Assembly: GCA_900321975.1 (NCBI GenBank)
Contig: ONYC01000179.1
Coordinates: 1-39,592, forward strand
Direction of reading: 5' to 3'
DNA: 39,592 bases
From: an uncultured Bacteroidales bacterium
GTDB lineage: Bacteria > Bacteroidota > Bacteroidia > Bacteroidales > P3
The notes below the pieces were generated by a model that made no database searches, had not been told where the DNA came from, and worked only from the letters and a program-made list of their open reading frames with translations. Shown here one piece after another: positions 17,854 to 27,304 of this stretch. Both the position numbers and the translations under genes were made by a program. Position 1 is the stretch's first letter. Every line of letters starts with the position of its first letter.

Positions 17854-18732
17854 GTGGACGACACACAGGGCATAGCGCGCAGAAAACACACAGCAGGCCT
17901 GGTGCTCAGGCTGTTGCTGGGTGTGGTGTTTGTGCTGTCGGCAGCGGCAAAACTATGGTCGATCGACCAGTTCGAGCTGTACGTGTTTTCGTATGGCTTT
18001 TTCTCTTTAAATCTGACATTTATCCTCGTCCGGCTCTGTATTGGGGCGGAACTTGCCTTGGGAGTGCTGATGCTTACCGGATGGCTGCGACACAACGTGC
18101 TTAAAGCCACATTGGCGCTGCTGTTTTTTTTCAGTCTTTTCCTCTGCTATGCAGCACTTATCGGCAGGGACGACTCATGCCAATGCTTCGGTCAGATGGC
18201 CGATATGCCACCTGCGGTATCGCTACTCAAAAACGCCATTCTGATAGCACTTACTCTGCTGTGTATCAAACTATCGAGAAAGAAAGAAACACGCCGGTCA
18301 CACATTTGGCTCGCAATAGCCGCCACAGCCGTATGCATGATAGTGCCATTCGTCGTGTCGGTACCCGACAATTGGATGTTCGGATCTGCTGAAGAACGAT
18401 ATAACAAAGAGGTGTTCGACGAGGTAATGAACAGGGAGCTAGCACCGCAGCAACCACGTGAGGGCCAGAAGATTATCGCTTTCGTGACCCCAGGGTGCCC
18501 CTACTGCCGGATGGCCCGCCAGAAACTCGATTATATCGTCAAGCGGAACCACCTTGCCGAAGAGAATGTCATATACGTCGAACCGATCGATATCGGCACC
18601 GATACTTTCCTGAAAATCACCTATGGAGCACGCCCACTGATACTTCTCACCGACAACGGCGAAGTGGCTATGACATTCCATTACCGCAATATCGACGAGA
18701 AAAAGATTGCGCAAGCCCTGAACCATCAATAA
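17854..18732 (+). CDS. MauE/DoxX-like membrane domain fused to a thioredoxin/glutaredoxin-like domain (CPYC)
   Basis: The start is GTG. Four or five TM segments carry a CQCFG motif. The C-terminal soluble domain has IIAFVTPGCPYCRMARQKL. Confidence 0.7.
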   Translation: MDDTQGIARRKHTAGLVLRLLLGVVFVLSAAAKLWSIDQFELYVFSYGFFSLNLTFILVRLCIGAELALGVLMLTGWLRHNVLKATLALLFFFSLFLCYAALIGRDDSCQCFGQMADMPPAVSLLKNAILIALTLLCIKLSRKKETRRSHIWLAIAATAVCMIVPFVVSVPDNWMFGSAEERYNKEVFDEVMNRELAPQQPREGQKIIAFVTPGCPYCRMARQKLDYIVKRNHLAEENVIYVEPIDIGTDTFLKITYGARPLILLTDNGEVAMTFHYRNIDEKKIAQALNHQ

Positions 18733-18815
18733 GTCACTGCGGCAGTTAGCCCGGTTTTATGATTTTTTAATATCCAAATTACGGCAATTTATTTTGTCGT
18801 TCCACCCTTTTTTCG

Positions 18816-18823
18816 TATCTTTG
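18816..18823 (+). promoter_or_regulatory. Bacteroidota -7 promoter box TATCTTTG upstream of the purF-like gene
   Basis: This is an exact TAnnTTTG match in an AT-rich intergenic region, about 83 nt upstream of the ATG at 18907. Confidence 0.5.
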
Positions 18824-18906
18824 CCAAGTTATTTATATATATAAATACGTGCAAGCATTTTTAAACCAATATATTATATTATCATCTTCTAAACAAAAAA
18901 ACAATT

Positions 18907-20313
18907 ATGAGCGGATTCTTTGGCGTAGTTAGTGAGCGCCCCTGCATCACCGATTTGTTCTACGGAACGGATTATCATTCGCATCTTGGCACCAAGCGTG
19001 CCGGTATGGCCACCTTCGACGGTGCCCAGGCCCACCAGAACATCCACAACATCCAGAACTCTCATTTCCGTCCGAAATTCATGAAGGATCTGGACGAGAT
19101 GAAAGGCAACGTCGGCATTGGCGTTATCAGCGACACCGAGGCACAGCCCGTAATGGTTAACTCGCACCTCGGCCGTTTTGCAATAGCCACAGTGTCGAAA
19201 ATCAACAATATCGATGAGCTGGAGCAGGATTGCCTGCAGAAGCACCAGCAATTCACCGACCTGAGTATCGGACGAACCAACCCCACTGAACTGGTTGCAT
19301 TGCAAATCACCCAGGGGAAAGACTTTGTTGAAGGCATCGAGAATGTCTACAACCGGGTGAAAGGCAGCTGCACAATGCTCATTCTCACTCCGACCGGCAT
19401 TATCGCCGCCCGCGACCGCTACGGCCGCACCCCGATAGTTATCGGCCGTCGCGGCAACGACTATGCTATCGCTTCGGAAAGCCACTCATATGTAAATCTC
19501 GGATATGAAACCTGCCGCTTTGTCGGTCCCGGCGAGATTGTAAGAGTTACAACCGAAGGCATCGAGGTGATGCGTCCCGCCGAGAAGAAGCTCCAAATAT
19601 GCTCATTCCTCTGGATATACTACGGATATCCATGCACCGAATATGAAGGTATCAATGCCGAAGAGGTAAGATACAACCTCGGCCGGCTGATGGGCCTGCG
19701 CGACGATGTTGCTGCCGACTTTGTAAGCCCAATCCCCGATTCGGGCATCGGCATGGCCCTTGGTTACAGCAACGGACGCCAGATACCCTACAAACGCGGA
19801 CTGTTGAAATACACTCCCACCTGGAGCCGCTCGTTCATGCCTGTGAACCAGGCCGACCGCGCTTTGGTGGCCAAAATGAAACTCATCCCCAGCCGCGCCA
19901 TGCTGCAAGGCAAAGAAGTGGTGTTCTGCGACGACTCGATTGTACGCGGCACTCAGTTGCGCGACAATGTGAAAATGCTCTACGACTACGGCGCCAAGAG
20001 CGTACATGTCCGCATCAGCTGCCCGCCGCTGGTGCACGGCTGCACATTCCTCAATTTCAGCGAATCGAAAACCGACCGCGAGCTCATTACACGCCGTGTA
20101 ATCGAGGAACTTGAGGGCGGAACCGTGCGTAACCTCGAGGCCTATCACGACGCATCCACTCCCGAATACGCCAAGATGGTGGAGGTGATACGGCGTCATG
20201 TCGGTGTTGATACACTTAAGTTTAATACCATCGACGACGTGTGCGAAGCCATCGGCCTGCCAAAAGACCATATTTGCACCCACTGCTTCGACAGCTCGTC
20301 GTACGGCGACTAA
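18907..20313 (+). CDS. Amidophosphoribosyltransferase-like protein (class II amidotransferase fold + PRTase domain), N-terminal Cys replaced by Ser
   Basis: The PRPP loop is VVFCDDSIVRGTQLR. Cys residues sit where PurF Fe-S ligands are expected (CSFLWIYYG, CPPLVHGC, CTHC). The N-terminus is MSGFFG rather than MCG. Confidence 0.75.
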   Translation: MSGFFGVVSERPCITDLFYGTDYHSHLGTKRAGMATFDGAQAHQNIHNIQNSHFRPKFMKDLDEMKGNVGIGVISDTEAQPVMVNSHLGRFAIATVSKINNIDELEQDCLQKHQQFTDLSIGRTNPTELVALQITQGKDFVEGIENVYNRVKGSCTMLILTPTGIIAARDRYGRTPIVIGRRGNDYAIASESHSYVNLGYETCRFVGPGEIVRVTTEGIEVMRPAEKKLQICSFLWIYYGYPCTEYEGINAEEVRYNLGRLMGLRDDVAADFVSPIPDSGIGMALGYSNGRQIPYKRGLLKYTPTWSRSFMPVNQADRALVAKMKLIPSRAMLQGKEVVFCDDSIVRGTQLRDNVKMLYDYGAKSVHVRISCPPLVHGCTFLNFSESKTDRELITRRVIEELEGGTVRNLEAYHDASTPEYAKMVEVIRRHVGVDTLKFNTIDDVCEAIGLPKDHICTHCFDSSSYGD

Positions 20314-20349
20314 AACAAAAAGCCACACTAACACGGAACAAAGAGATAC

Positions 20350-22161
20350 ATGAAACGCCTTGTACTTGCACTGCTGATGACACTTCCGATTGCATTGTGG
20401 GGTCAGAACCAAACCGGCCCCACGGTGCTTTCGGTAAAAGACATACTGAACAACTACGGTCTCGACACCTCATGGGTGGACGATACCGCCGGTGTCATGC
20501 AGTACCTTGGCGAACAACCACAGGACTATGTGGCGCTGACCAACCTATGTGTATCGATTCGCACCAAGGCTCAACGTGTTATCCAGTCTATAGAAAACGA
20601 CTATCAGTTCCGCGACAGCATCATCTGGATTGACTCCAATACTGTTCTCGCCGACTACCCGATATACGAATACCGCTTGCGCCGCCTAGCCGAGCTTATG
20701 GGACGTATGAGCATAAAGTACAGCCGGTTGGAGCAGCAACGCATCGAGGCCGAGAAAGAGGCCGCACGTCAGCGTGCCATCGAAGAGGCTCGTCGCCAGC
20801 AGGAAGAGCGTGACCGCACGGCCGACGAACTTCGTGCTAATATCGAACTGCACCACCGCGCTATCATCACCGCATGCGATGGCGCCGGGATAAGCAGCAA
20901 GAGCAAGCTGAAGGAACTGAAAGACCTCTACTACTCCTACCTGATGGTCTACAACAAATACGACCTCTCGGGCGGACATGCCACCAACGAAGGTATCTCA
21001 AAACTGGACGAGCTGAACTCGTTCCAGAACGACATGCTCGAGAACGTGCTGGGTCAAAACTCGCTGCCCAACCAGATCGACAACTTCAAGAACGTGCTGA
21101 AAGTGCGTTGCGAAGGCGGCAACAGCGACATCTACCGCAGCTACACCAAGGTGTTCAAACACACTTCAGTACCGGTTTCATTCGCCGATGTCAAGGAGTA
21201 TGAAGAATATGTGAACCGGATGCGCACCATCACGACCATACAGGCTCGATACCTGCAGACCATAGAGATGCGCGCCACAATAGCTTCCGGTAATGAAGCA
21301 ATAGCCTCCCGTTACGGTAAAAAATATCGCGACGTTGTAAGCGCCTACAAGGAGGTGCTCGCAACGGTGAACCAACTGCCGGCGTTTACCACCAATGCTG
21401 AAAGCATACTCTTCATTCAGAGCCTGGAAGATTTCATCGAAGCCCAACAGATCTACCTGGACGACTACTCGGCATTGGAAGACATCTCGTCGCGCAGCGA
21501 CAGCATTATCCGCGGAGCCCAAAGCCGTTTTCACGACATAGTGGATGCATACCGCAACATTGAAGGTTCGTTGAGGCCCATCCCCCAGTTCAGAGATGCT
21601 GAAGGAGCCTTGCTCTACGAGCAGCAACTGGAAGATGTGCGCAATGTGCAGCAATGCTATCTCAATGTCATAAAGAAGCGAGATATCATTGCCCACAACG
21701 AGGACACCCTTACCGGAGCCCGCAAATTGGACCGTATACTCTATAATGGATACCGCCTGCTTCGACGCCAAGTGGATTTGAGACCTCAGTTCACCAATGT
21801 CGAACGCGGCCGCAGTTTCCTCGACATGCTCAACCAACATATCGAGATGCAGCAGCTATGCCTGAATACAATACGCAAACTGCAGACCATCGAAACCAAC
21901 GAGAAATTCATCACCGACAAGGACAACCGCTACCGCAATATCTGCAAAGCATACCAACGCATACGCAAAGCCTACAACGGAGTGGACGAGATAACCAACA
22001 CCGAAGACCTGCGCCGATATAGCCGTCAGTGCGACTATATTCTCGAGATGCAAGAGGCTTTCATCAAAACGATGCGCGGCACAACAGCTGCAGAAAGCGA
22101 CAACAAACTGAAACGCGAGAACGACATTGAGAAAATACGCCTTGTAGTTGGACTAAAATAA
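20350..22161 (+). CDS. Secreted hypothetical protein with coiled-coil segment and five ~66-aa internal repeats
   Basis: The signal peptide is MKRLVLALLMTLPIALWGQ. A charged helical stretch reads EQQRIEAEKEAARQRAIEEARRQQEERDR. Repeats start near aa 261, 326, 393, 461 and 527. Confidence 0.75.
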   Translation: MKRLVLALLMTLPIALWGQNQTGPTVLSVKDILNNYGLDTSWVDDTAGVMQYLGEQPQDYVALTNLCVSIRTKAQRVIQSIENDYQFRDSIIWIDSNTVLADYPIYEYRLRRLAELMGRMSIKYSRLEQQRIEAEKEAARQRAIEEARRQQEERDRTADELRANIELHHRAIITACDGAGISSKSKLKELKDLYYSYLMVYNKYDLSGGHATNEGISKLDELNSFQNDMLENVLGQNSLPNQIDNFKNVLKVRCEGGNSDIYRSYTKVFKHTSVPVSFADVKEYEEYVNRMRTITTIQARYLQTIEMRATIASGNEAIASRYGKKYRDVVSAYKEVLATVNQLPAFTTNAESILFIQSLEDFIEAQQIYLDDYSALEDISSRSDSIIRGAQSRFHDIVDAYRNIEGSLRPIPQFRDAEGALLYEQQLEDVRNVQQCYLNVIKKRDIIAHNEDTLTGARKLDRILYNGYRLLRRQVDLRPQFTNVERGRSFLDMLNQHIEMQQLCLNTIRKLQTIETNEKFITDKDNRYRNICKAYQRIRKAYNGVDEITNTEDLRRYSRQCDYILEMQEAFIKTMRGTTAAESDNKLKRENDIEKIRLVVGLK

Positions 22162-22170
22162 GCGACCGAA

Positions 22171-22707
22171 ATGAACACCAGAGAAGAAATAGAGAGAGAA
22201 GCGGCAGCGTGCCGGACTCTGTTCGAGAAGAAAACCAGAGACTACGGTACCTCGTGGCGCATCATGCGCCTTCCGTCGTTGACCGACCAGATATTTATCA
22301 AAGCCAACCGTATACGCAGCATACAGGAAAGCGGCGAGAACCGCGTGGGCGACGACGTGAGGGGTGAGTTTGTTGCAATGGTCAACTATGCCATAATGGC
22401 TCTCATCCAGCAAGAGATGACCAATGACAATGAGCTGGAGCTACCACTCAAGAAAGCTCTCGAACTTTACGACAAGCACCTGAACAGCACGTTGGAATTG
22501 ATGCTCGACAAGAATCACGACTACGGTGAGGCTTGGCGCCAGATGCGCGTGAGTTCGATGGTAGATCTTATCCTTATGAAGATTCGCCGCATCAAACAAA
22601 TTGAAGACAACGACGGTAAAACAATTGCATCAGAGGGCGTGGAAGGCGGATATATGGATATCATCAACTACTCGCTGTTCTGCCTTGTAAGACTTAACGA
22701 AAATTAG
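22171..22707 (+). CDS. DUF1599-like protein (two tandem copies of the domain)
   Basis: The motif DYG.SWR..R..S..D.I..K..RI..I occurs twice (DYGTSWRIMRLPSLTDQIFIKANRIRSI and DYGEAWRQMRVSSMVDLILMKIRRIKQI). Confidence 0.7.
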   Translation: MNTREEIEREAAACRTLFEKKTRDYGTSWRIMRLPSLTDQIFIKANRIRSIQESGENRVGDDVRGEFVAMVNYAIMALIQQEMTNDNELELPLKKALELYDKHLNSTLELMLDKNHDYGEAWRQMRVSSMVDLILMKIRRIKQIEDNDGKTIASEGVEGGYMDIINYSLFCLVRLNEN

Positions 22708-22726
22708 AAACAAGAAAAACAAACAT

Positions 22727-23854
22727 ATGGTGAAAGATACGAAAACAAACTACACACTCAACATTGTTGCACGATGGGTGGTGGGACTTGTGTTCCTCTT
22801 CTCGTCGTTTGTCAAAGGCGTGGATCCCATGGGAACCACATTCAAGGTGCAGGAGTATATGACTGCATGGAGTATCGGCAGCATAACATTTGAATGGGCT
22901 CTGCCCTTGGCCGGATTCCTCTCCGTCGGACTGATTTGTGCCGAATTTGTAATTGGCATACTGCTTATTACCAACGCATATCGCCGTCTTTCAGCTTGGG
23001 GGTTGGCCGCAATGATGCTATTCTTCACAGTAACAACGCTGATTGACGCCATCACGAACAAGGTTACTGATTGCGGTTGCTTCGGTGATGCAATCAAGCT
23101 CACCAACTGGCAGACATTCTGGAAGAATATTGCACTCGACGTGCCGACAGTATGGATTGTGCTCACCCGCAACCTGCGCCGCAAGCGTCGCTTCGAACGC
23201 GACGGATTGATTTTCATTGCCGCAATCGCCGCAATGGTTATTTTCTCCATATACAACATCAAACACGAACCGGTTATCGACTTCCGTCCGTGGAAAATAG
23301 GCAATGTGATGATAGAGGAGCGTGAAGCCTTGAACCACATGACGATGGTTAACAACGAGACCGGAGAAGAGAAGACCATAGACTACCTCAACGGCCACTG
23401 GGACGAGGTCCCTGCCGAATATAAGGACTTCTCCAAATGGGAAATCATCAGTTCCACCAGCGACGAGCCGTTTGAAATCAAGGCTCCCGGCTTCACCATG
23501 ATGGATTTTGAGAACAACGACCACGCCACGGAGCTGCTGCCTGCCGAAGATGGTATGATTATTGTTACAGTCCATCATCTGGACAAGATTGACGAGAAAG
23601 GTGCCCGCGACATAAGCACCGCCCTCTCTCTGGCACAAGAGAACGAGTTACGCATAGTTATGCTAACCTCTGCCTTACCAGAAGAGGTGCAGACCTGGCT
23701 GTACCAGAACCACATTAGCGGCTTAGACCATCTGTTTGCGGACGCTACAGCCATCGAGACTATGATGCGTGGAAACCCTGGATTTATGTTTATTAAAGAC
23801 GCCACCGTCGTCGACAAAACAAGAAAAATCAGAGAACTGAAACTAGACAAGTAA
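22727..23854 (+). CDS. MauE/DoxX-like membrane protein with C-terminal thioredoxin-fold-like domain lacking CxxC (BT_3928-like)
   Basis: The N-terminus is VVGLVFLFSSFVKGVDPMG. A CGCFG motif is present. The C-terminal APGFTMMDFENND..IIVTVHH resembles the TlpA/AhpC fold with the CxxC position replaced. Confidence 0.7.
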   Translation: MVKDTKTNYTLNIVARWVVGLVFLFSSFVKGVDPMGTTFKVQEYMTAWSIGSITFEWALPLAGFLSVGLICAEFVIGILLITNAYRRLSAWGLAAMMLFFTVTTLIDAITNKVTDCGCFGDAIKLTNWQTFWKNIALDVPTVWIVLTRNLRRKRRFERDGLIFIAAIAAMVIFSIYNIKHEPVIDFRPWKIGNVMIEEREALNHMTMVNNETGEEKTIDYLNGHWDEVPAEYKDFSKWEIISSTSDEPFEIKAPGFTMMDFENNDHATELLPAEDGMIIVTVHHLDKIDEKGARDISTALSLAQENELRIVMLTSALPEEVQTWLYQNHISGLDHLFADATAIETMMRGNPGFMFIKDATVVDKTRKIRELKLDK

Positions 23855-23856
23855 TT

Positions 23857-24399
23857 ATGATACAAAGAATTCAAACTTTATGGCTCGCGTTAGCCATCTT
23901 GTGTATGGCACTATGCTTTGTTTCGCCATTGGCCAGTTACAAATTGAACGACCCCGCGTTGAACCAAACCACCGAGGCACAACTTGACCTTATCGCCAAA
24001 AGCAACCCGGAGATGCTCAACGAAATTGCCAATATGGAACCTGTGGTAACATTCAGCCAGAAAGACTCCGGTTTCAGTACATGGCCACTCATTACCCTTG
24101 CATGCCTAACTATTGCTATCGCCCTGATCAGCATATTCCTCTTTCACAACCGCATGCGCCAGATAAAGATCGTAATGGTTGGTTTTATGATTAACCTGGT
24201 CTACGCCTTTGTGGTCTTCTTCTGGGCCGTGGACAAATATGCCGATGTGGTCAAAAACTACATGCACCTGAACGACATATCCGTATCATGGAGCATAGGT
24301 TCGTACGCACCAATTGCGTCGCTTCTGTTCCTTTTCCTCGCCCAACGTGCCATCCGAAAGGACGAAGCCAAAGTACGTGCAGCCGACCGTCTTAGGTAA
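23857..24399 (+). CDS. Small polytopic membrane protein (DUF4293-like)
   Basis: The N-terminus is MIQRIQTLWLALAILCMALCF. There are four hydrophobic segments. The gene starts 3 nt after the upstream stop. Confidence 0.65.
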   Translation: MIQRIQTLWLALAILCMALCFVSPLASYKLNDPALNQTTEAQLDLIAKSNPEMLNEIANMEPVVTFSQKDSGFSTWPLITLACLTIAIALISIFLFHNRMRQIKIVMVGFMINLVYAFVVFFWAVDKYADVVKNYMHLNDISVSWSIGSYAPIASLLFLFLAQRAIRKDEAKVRAADRLR

Positions 24400-24417
24400 A
24401 ACAATTAAAATACCAAA

Positions 24418-24843
24418 GTGGATATCGAATTCCATAACACCGAGCAACTACCCGAAGTGGCGCACCAACTGCTGAATACATTCAGCGACGAGCGTTTTTT
24501 TGCCTTTTTCGGCAAGATGGGAGTTGGCAAAACCACACTGATAAAGGAATTATGTGCCGAACTTGGAGTAGAAGATAATGTGTGCAGCCCTACGTTTGCA
24601 ATCATTAACGAGTATTCTGACAGGGACGACGAACCTGTATATCACTTCGACTTCTACCGGATGAAATCACTGGCTGAAGCTTATGATATAGGCTATGAAG
24701 AATACTTCTACAGCGGGAACTACTGCTTCACAGAATGGACAGAGAAAATTGAAGAACTCCTTCCAGAACATTATGTCCGGATTGATATAACAGAGAGTAA
24801 CGGTATCAGACACCTTAGTGCAAATATAATTGAGAATGACTAA
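24418..24843 (+). CDS. tsaE: tRNA threonylcarbamoyladenosine (t6A) biosynthesis ATPase TsaE
   Basis: The start is GTG. The P-loop is FGKMGVGKTTLIKEL, followed by SPTFAIINEY and HFDFYR blocks. The length is 141 aa. Confidence 0.85.
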   Translation: MDIEFHNTEQLPEVAHQLLNTFSDERFFAFFGKMGVGKTTLIKELCAELGVEDNVCSPTFAIINEYSDRDDEPVYHFDFYRMKSLAEAYDIGYEEYFYSGNYCFTEWTEKIEELLPEHYVRIDITESNGIRHLSANIIEND

Positions 24844-25225
24844 AATCAACAATAATAAAGAATCCGAAGTGCTGGCCCGCCTTGCAGCACAGGCTTTGGA
24901 TGAGAAAAAAGGCGACGACGTCCGTATCTTGGACCTTCGCAAAGTACACGGAGCTCCGGCAGAATATTTTGTAATTGCCTCCGGTAATGTACCATCGCAC
25001 GTCAGTGCCCTGAGCGACACCGTGTTCGAGACAGTAAAGAAAGCCACCGGACTGAATCCACACAAGATTGAAGGCTACCAGAATGCAGAATGGATTCTGA
25101 TGGACTACTTCGATGTTGTCGTACACATTTTCCAGAAAGAGAAACGTGCGTTCTTCCGACTGGATGAATTATGGAGCGACGGTGAGGAAGTTGCAATAAC
25201 CAGCGACAAGACCGACAAACAATAA
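24836..25225 (+). CDS. rsfS: Ribosome silencing factor RsfS
   Basis: The sequence KKGDDVRILDLRKVHGAPAEYFVIASGNVPSHVSALSD...WILMDYFDVVVHIF is typical of RsfS/iojap. The ATG overlaps the tsaE stop by 8 nt. Confidence 0.85.
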   Translation: MTKINNNKESEVLARLAAQALDEKKGDDVRILDLRKVHGAPAEYFVIASGNVPSHVSALSDTVFETVKKATGLNPHKIEGYQNAEWILMDYFDVVVHIFQKEKRAFFRLDELWSDGEEVAITSDKTDKQ

Positions 25226-25234
25226 CTGACTATC

Positions 25235-27304
25235 ATGGCTGAACAGCAGAAACAACCATCGAGGCCGACGCCTCCCCCTAACAATAACCGGAACCGCAAA
25301 CCCAAGGGAATAAAGGTGATGAACATCATCTATATCGCCATACTTGTCGCTCTTGCAGTATCCTTCTTCAGTGGCGGCAACGCTTCATCAAAGCAGGCCA
25401 TCACCTGGGATCGACTGGAACCTATACTTGAGCGGCACGACTATGAGTCGATAACTGTCATAAACCAGGAAGTTGCCGAAATCCGAATGAAACGTGAGGC
25501 CGTGAAACGCGATACGGCAACATATCGCGACATTATCGGCCGTAATTTTTCAGGCGGACAAGGTGCTATTGGTTTTTACACCTACAACATCGGCAACTTC
25601 GAACACTTCGACAAGGAGCTTGCCATCGTCGAAGAACGTACAGGAGAACATATCAGTTACAATATCGAAAAGCGCAGCAACGCTTTGCGTGAACTCCTTG
25701 TCTGGTTCGGACCGCTGCTTATGTTGCTGCTTTTCTTCTGGCTTATGAGCTTTATTACCCGTCGCCAGATGGGTGGTGGAGACAATAGTGGTGGTTTCGG
25801 CGGCATTTTCGGAATTGGCCGTTCTACTGCCAAACAATATGATGCCACCAAGCAAAACAACGTAACATTCAAAGATGTAGCAGGGCTTGCAGGCGCCAAA
25901 GAGGAAGTGATGGAGGTTGTCGACTTTCTGAAGAATCCTAAGCGCTACACCGATCTCGGCGGCAAGATTCCCAAGGGCGTACTCCTAGTAGGCCCCCCGG
26001 GTACCGGAAAAACCCTCCTGGCCAAAGCTGTTGCCGGAGAAGCTGGTGTGCCCTTCTTCTCGATGTCCGGTTCCGACTTTGTCGAGATGTTTGTCGGCGT
26101 TGGTGCTTCCAGGGTGAGAGGTCTCTTTGATGAAGCCAAGAAAAAAGCCCCTTGCATCGTTTTTATCGACGAAATTGATGCCGTAGGCCGCGCTCGCGGA
26201 AAGAACGGTATCACTGGCAGCAACGACGAACGTGAAAGCACCCTCAATCAGCTCCTCACCGAGATGGACGGTTTCTCATCCACTACCAATGTAATAGTGC
26301 TGGCTGCCACCAACCGAGCCGACGTGCTCGACAAAGCCCTGTTGCGTGCCGGCCGCTTCGACCGACAAATCTACGTGGAATTGCCCGACCTCGAAGAGCG
26401 TAAGGCAATCTTCGCCGTCCACATGAAAAACCTTAAACTCAACAAGGACAAAAATGACGAGCAATACGTCGACCGCGCTTTCCTTGCCAAACAGACACCC
26501 GGATTCAGCGGAGCCGACATCGCCAACGTCTGCAACGAGGCTGCCCTCTGCGCCGCCCGCAAGAACAAGAAACAGATTGACAAGCAGGACTTCCTCGATG
26601 CTGTCGACCGCATTGTCGGTGGCTTGGAGAAACGTTCAAAAGTGCTTACTGACCAGGAGAAACATACCATTGCCTACCATGAATCCGGCCACGCCTCGGT
26701 CAGCTGGCTACTGCGCTGGGCCAACCCGCTGGTCAAAGTGACCATCGTACCACGAGGCAAAGCACTTGGTGCTGCATGGTATCTTCCCGAAGAGCGACAG
26801 ATCACCACCTACGAACAAATGTTCGACGAGATGACAAGCCTTATGGCCGGCCGCGCCTCTGAGGAGATTGTATATGGAAAGATAAGCACAGGTGCCCTGA
26901 ACGATATCGAACGCGCCACAAAGATGGCTCAGGCCCTTGTAACCTACTACGGAATGAGTCCCGAAGTGGGCAACATCAGCTTCTACGACTCCACTGGCCA
27001 AAGCGAATGGGGACTCACCAAACCTTTCAGCGAAAAGACAGCCGAGACCATCGACCGCGAGGTGAAACGTATGGTCGAGGAAGCTTACGCCAAAGCCAAA
27101 GAGTTATTACTGAGCCATCGTGAGCAACTTGACCAACTTGCCACACAGCTCTACGACAAGGAAGTGCTCTTCCGCGAAGATCTGGAGCGCATCTATGGTC
27201 CACGCCCTTGGGAAGCCACAAACCCCGAACCTACCGAGAACGTCGACGACAACGACGAACCTGAGAACACAGAAGACACCAACAAAGATTTCGAAGAACT
27301 ATGA
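25235..27304 (+). CDS. ftsH: ATP-dependent zinc metalloprotease FtsH
   Basis: Walker A is [23 protein letters not shown] and Walker B is IVFIDEIDA. The SRH region ends in RAGRFDR. The zinc site is HESGHA. Confidence 0.95.
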   Translation: MAEQQKQPSRPTPPPNNNRNRKPKGIKVMNIIYIAILVALAVSFFSGGNASSKQAITWDRLEPILERHDYESITVINQEVAEIRMKREAVKRDTATYRDIIGRNFSGGQGAIGFYTYNIGNFEHFDKELAIVEERTGEHISYNIEKRSNALRELLVWFGPLLMLLLFFWLMSFITRRQMGGGDNSGGFGGIFGIGRSTAKQYDATKQNNVTFKDVAGLAGAKEEVMEVVDFLKNPKRYTDLGGKIPKGVLLVGPPGTGKTLLAKAVAGEAGVPFFSMSGSDFVEMFVGVGASRVRGLFDEAKKKAPCIVFIDEIDAVGRARGKNGITGSNDERESTLNQLLTEMDGFSSTTNVIVLAATNRADVLDKALLRAGRFDRQIYVELPDLEERKAIFAVHMKNLKLNKDKNDEQYVDRAFLAKQTPGFSGADIANVCNEAALCAARKNKKQIDKQDFLDAVDRIVGGLEKRSKVLTDQEKHTIAYHESGHASVSWLLRWANPLVKVTIVPRGKALGAAWYLPEERQITTYEQMFDEMTSLMAGRASEEIVYGKISTGALNDIERATKMAQALVTYYGMSPEVGNISFYDSTGQSEWGLTKPFSEKTAETIDREVKRMVEEAYAKAKELLLSHREQLDQLATQLYDKEVLFREDLERIYGPRPWEATNPEPTENVDDNDEPENTEDTNKDFEEL

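Noticed and set aside
18124-18131. T8 homopolymer inside the MauE/thioredoxin fusion gene (also T8 in pyrC near 10955) as a phase-variation tract
   Set aside because: They simply encode Phe-Phe(-Phe) in hydrophobic or ordinary segments. The tracts are short, and there is no supporting evidence such as alternative frames restoring an ORF.
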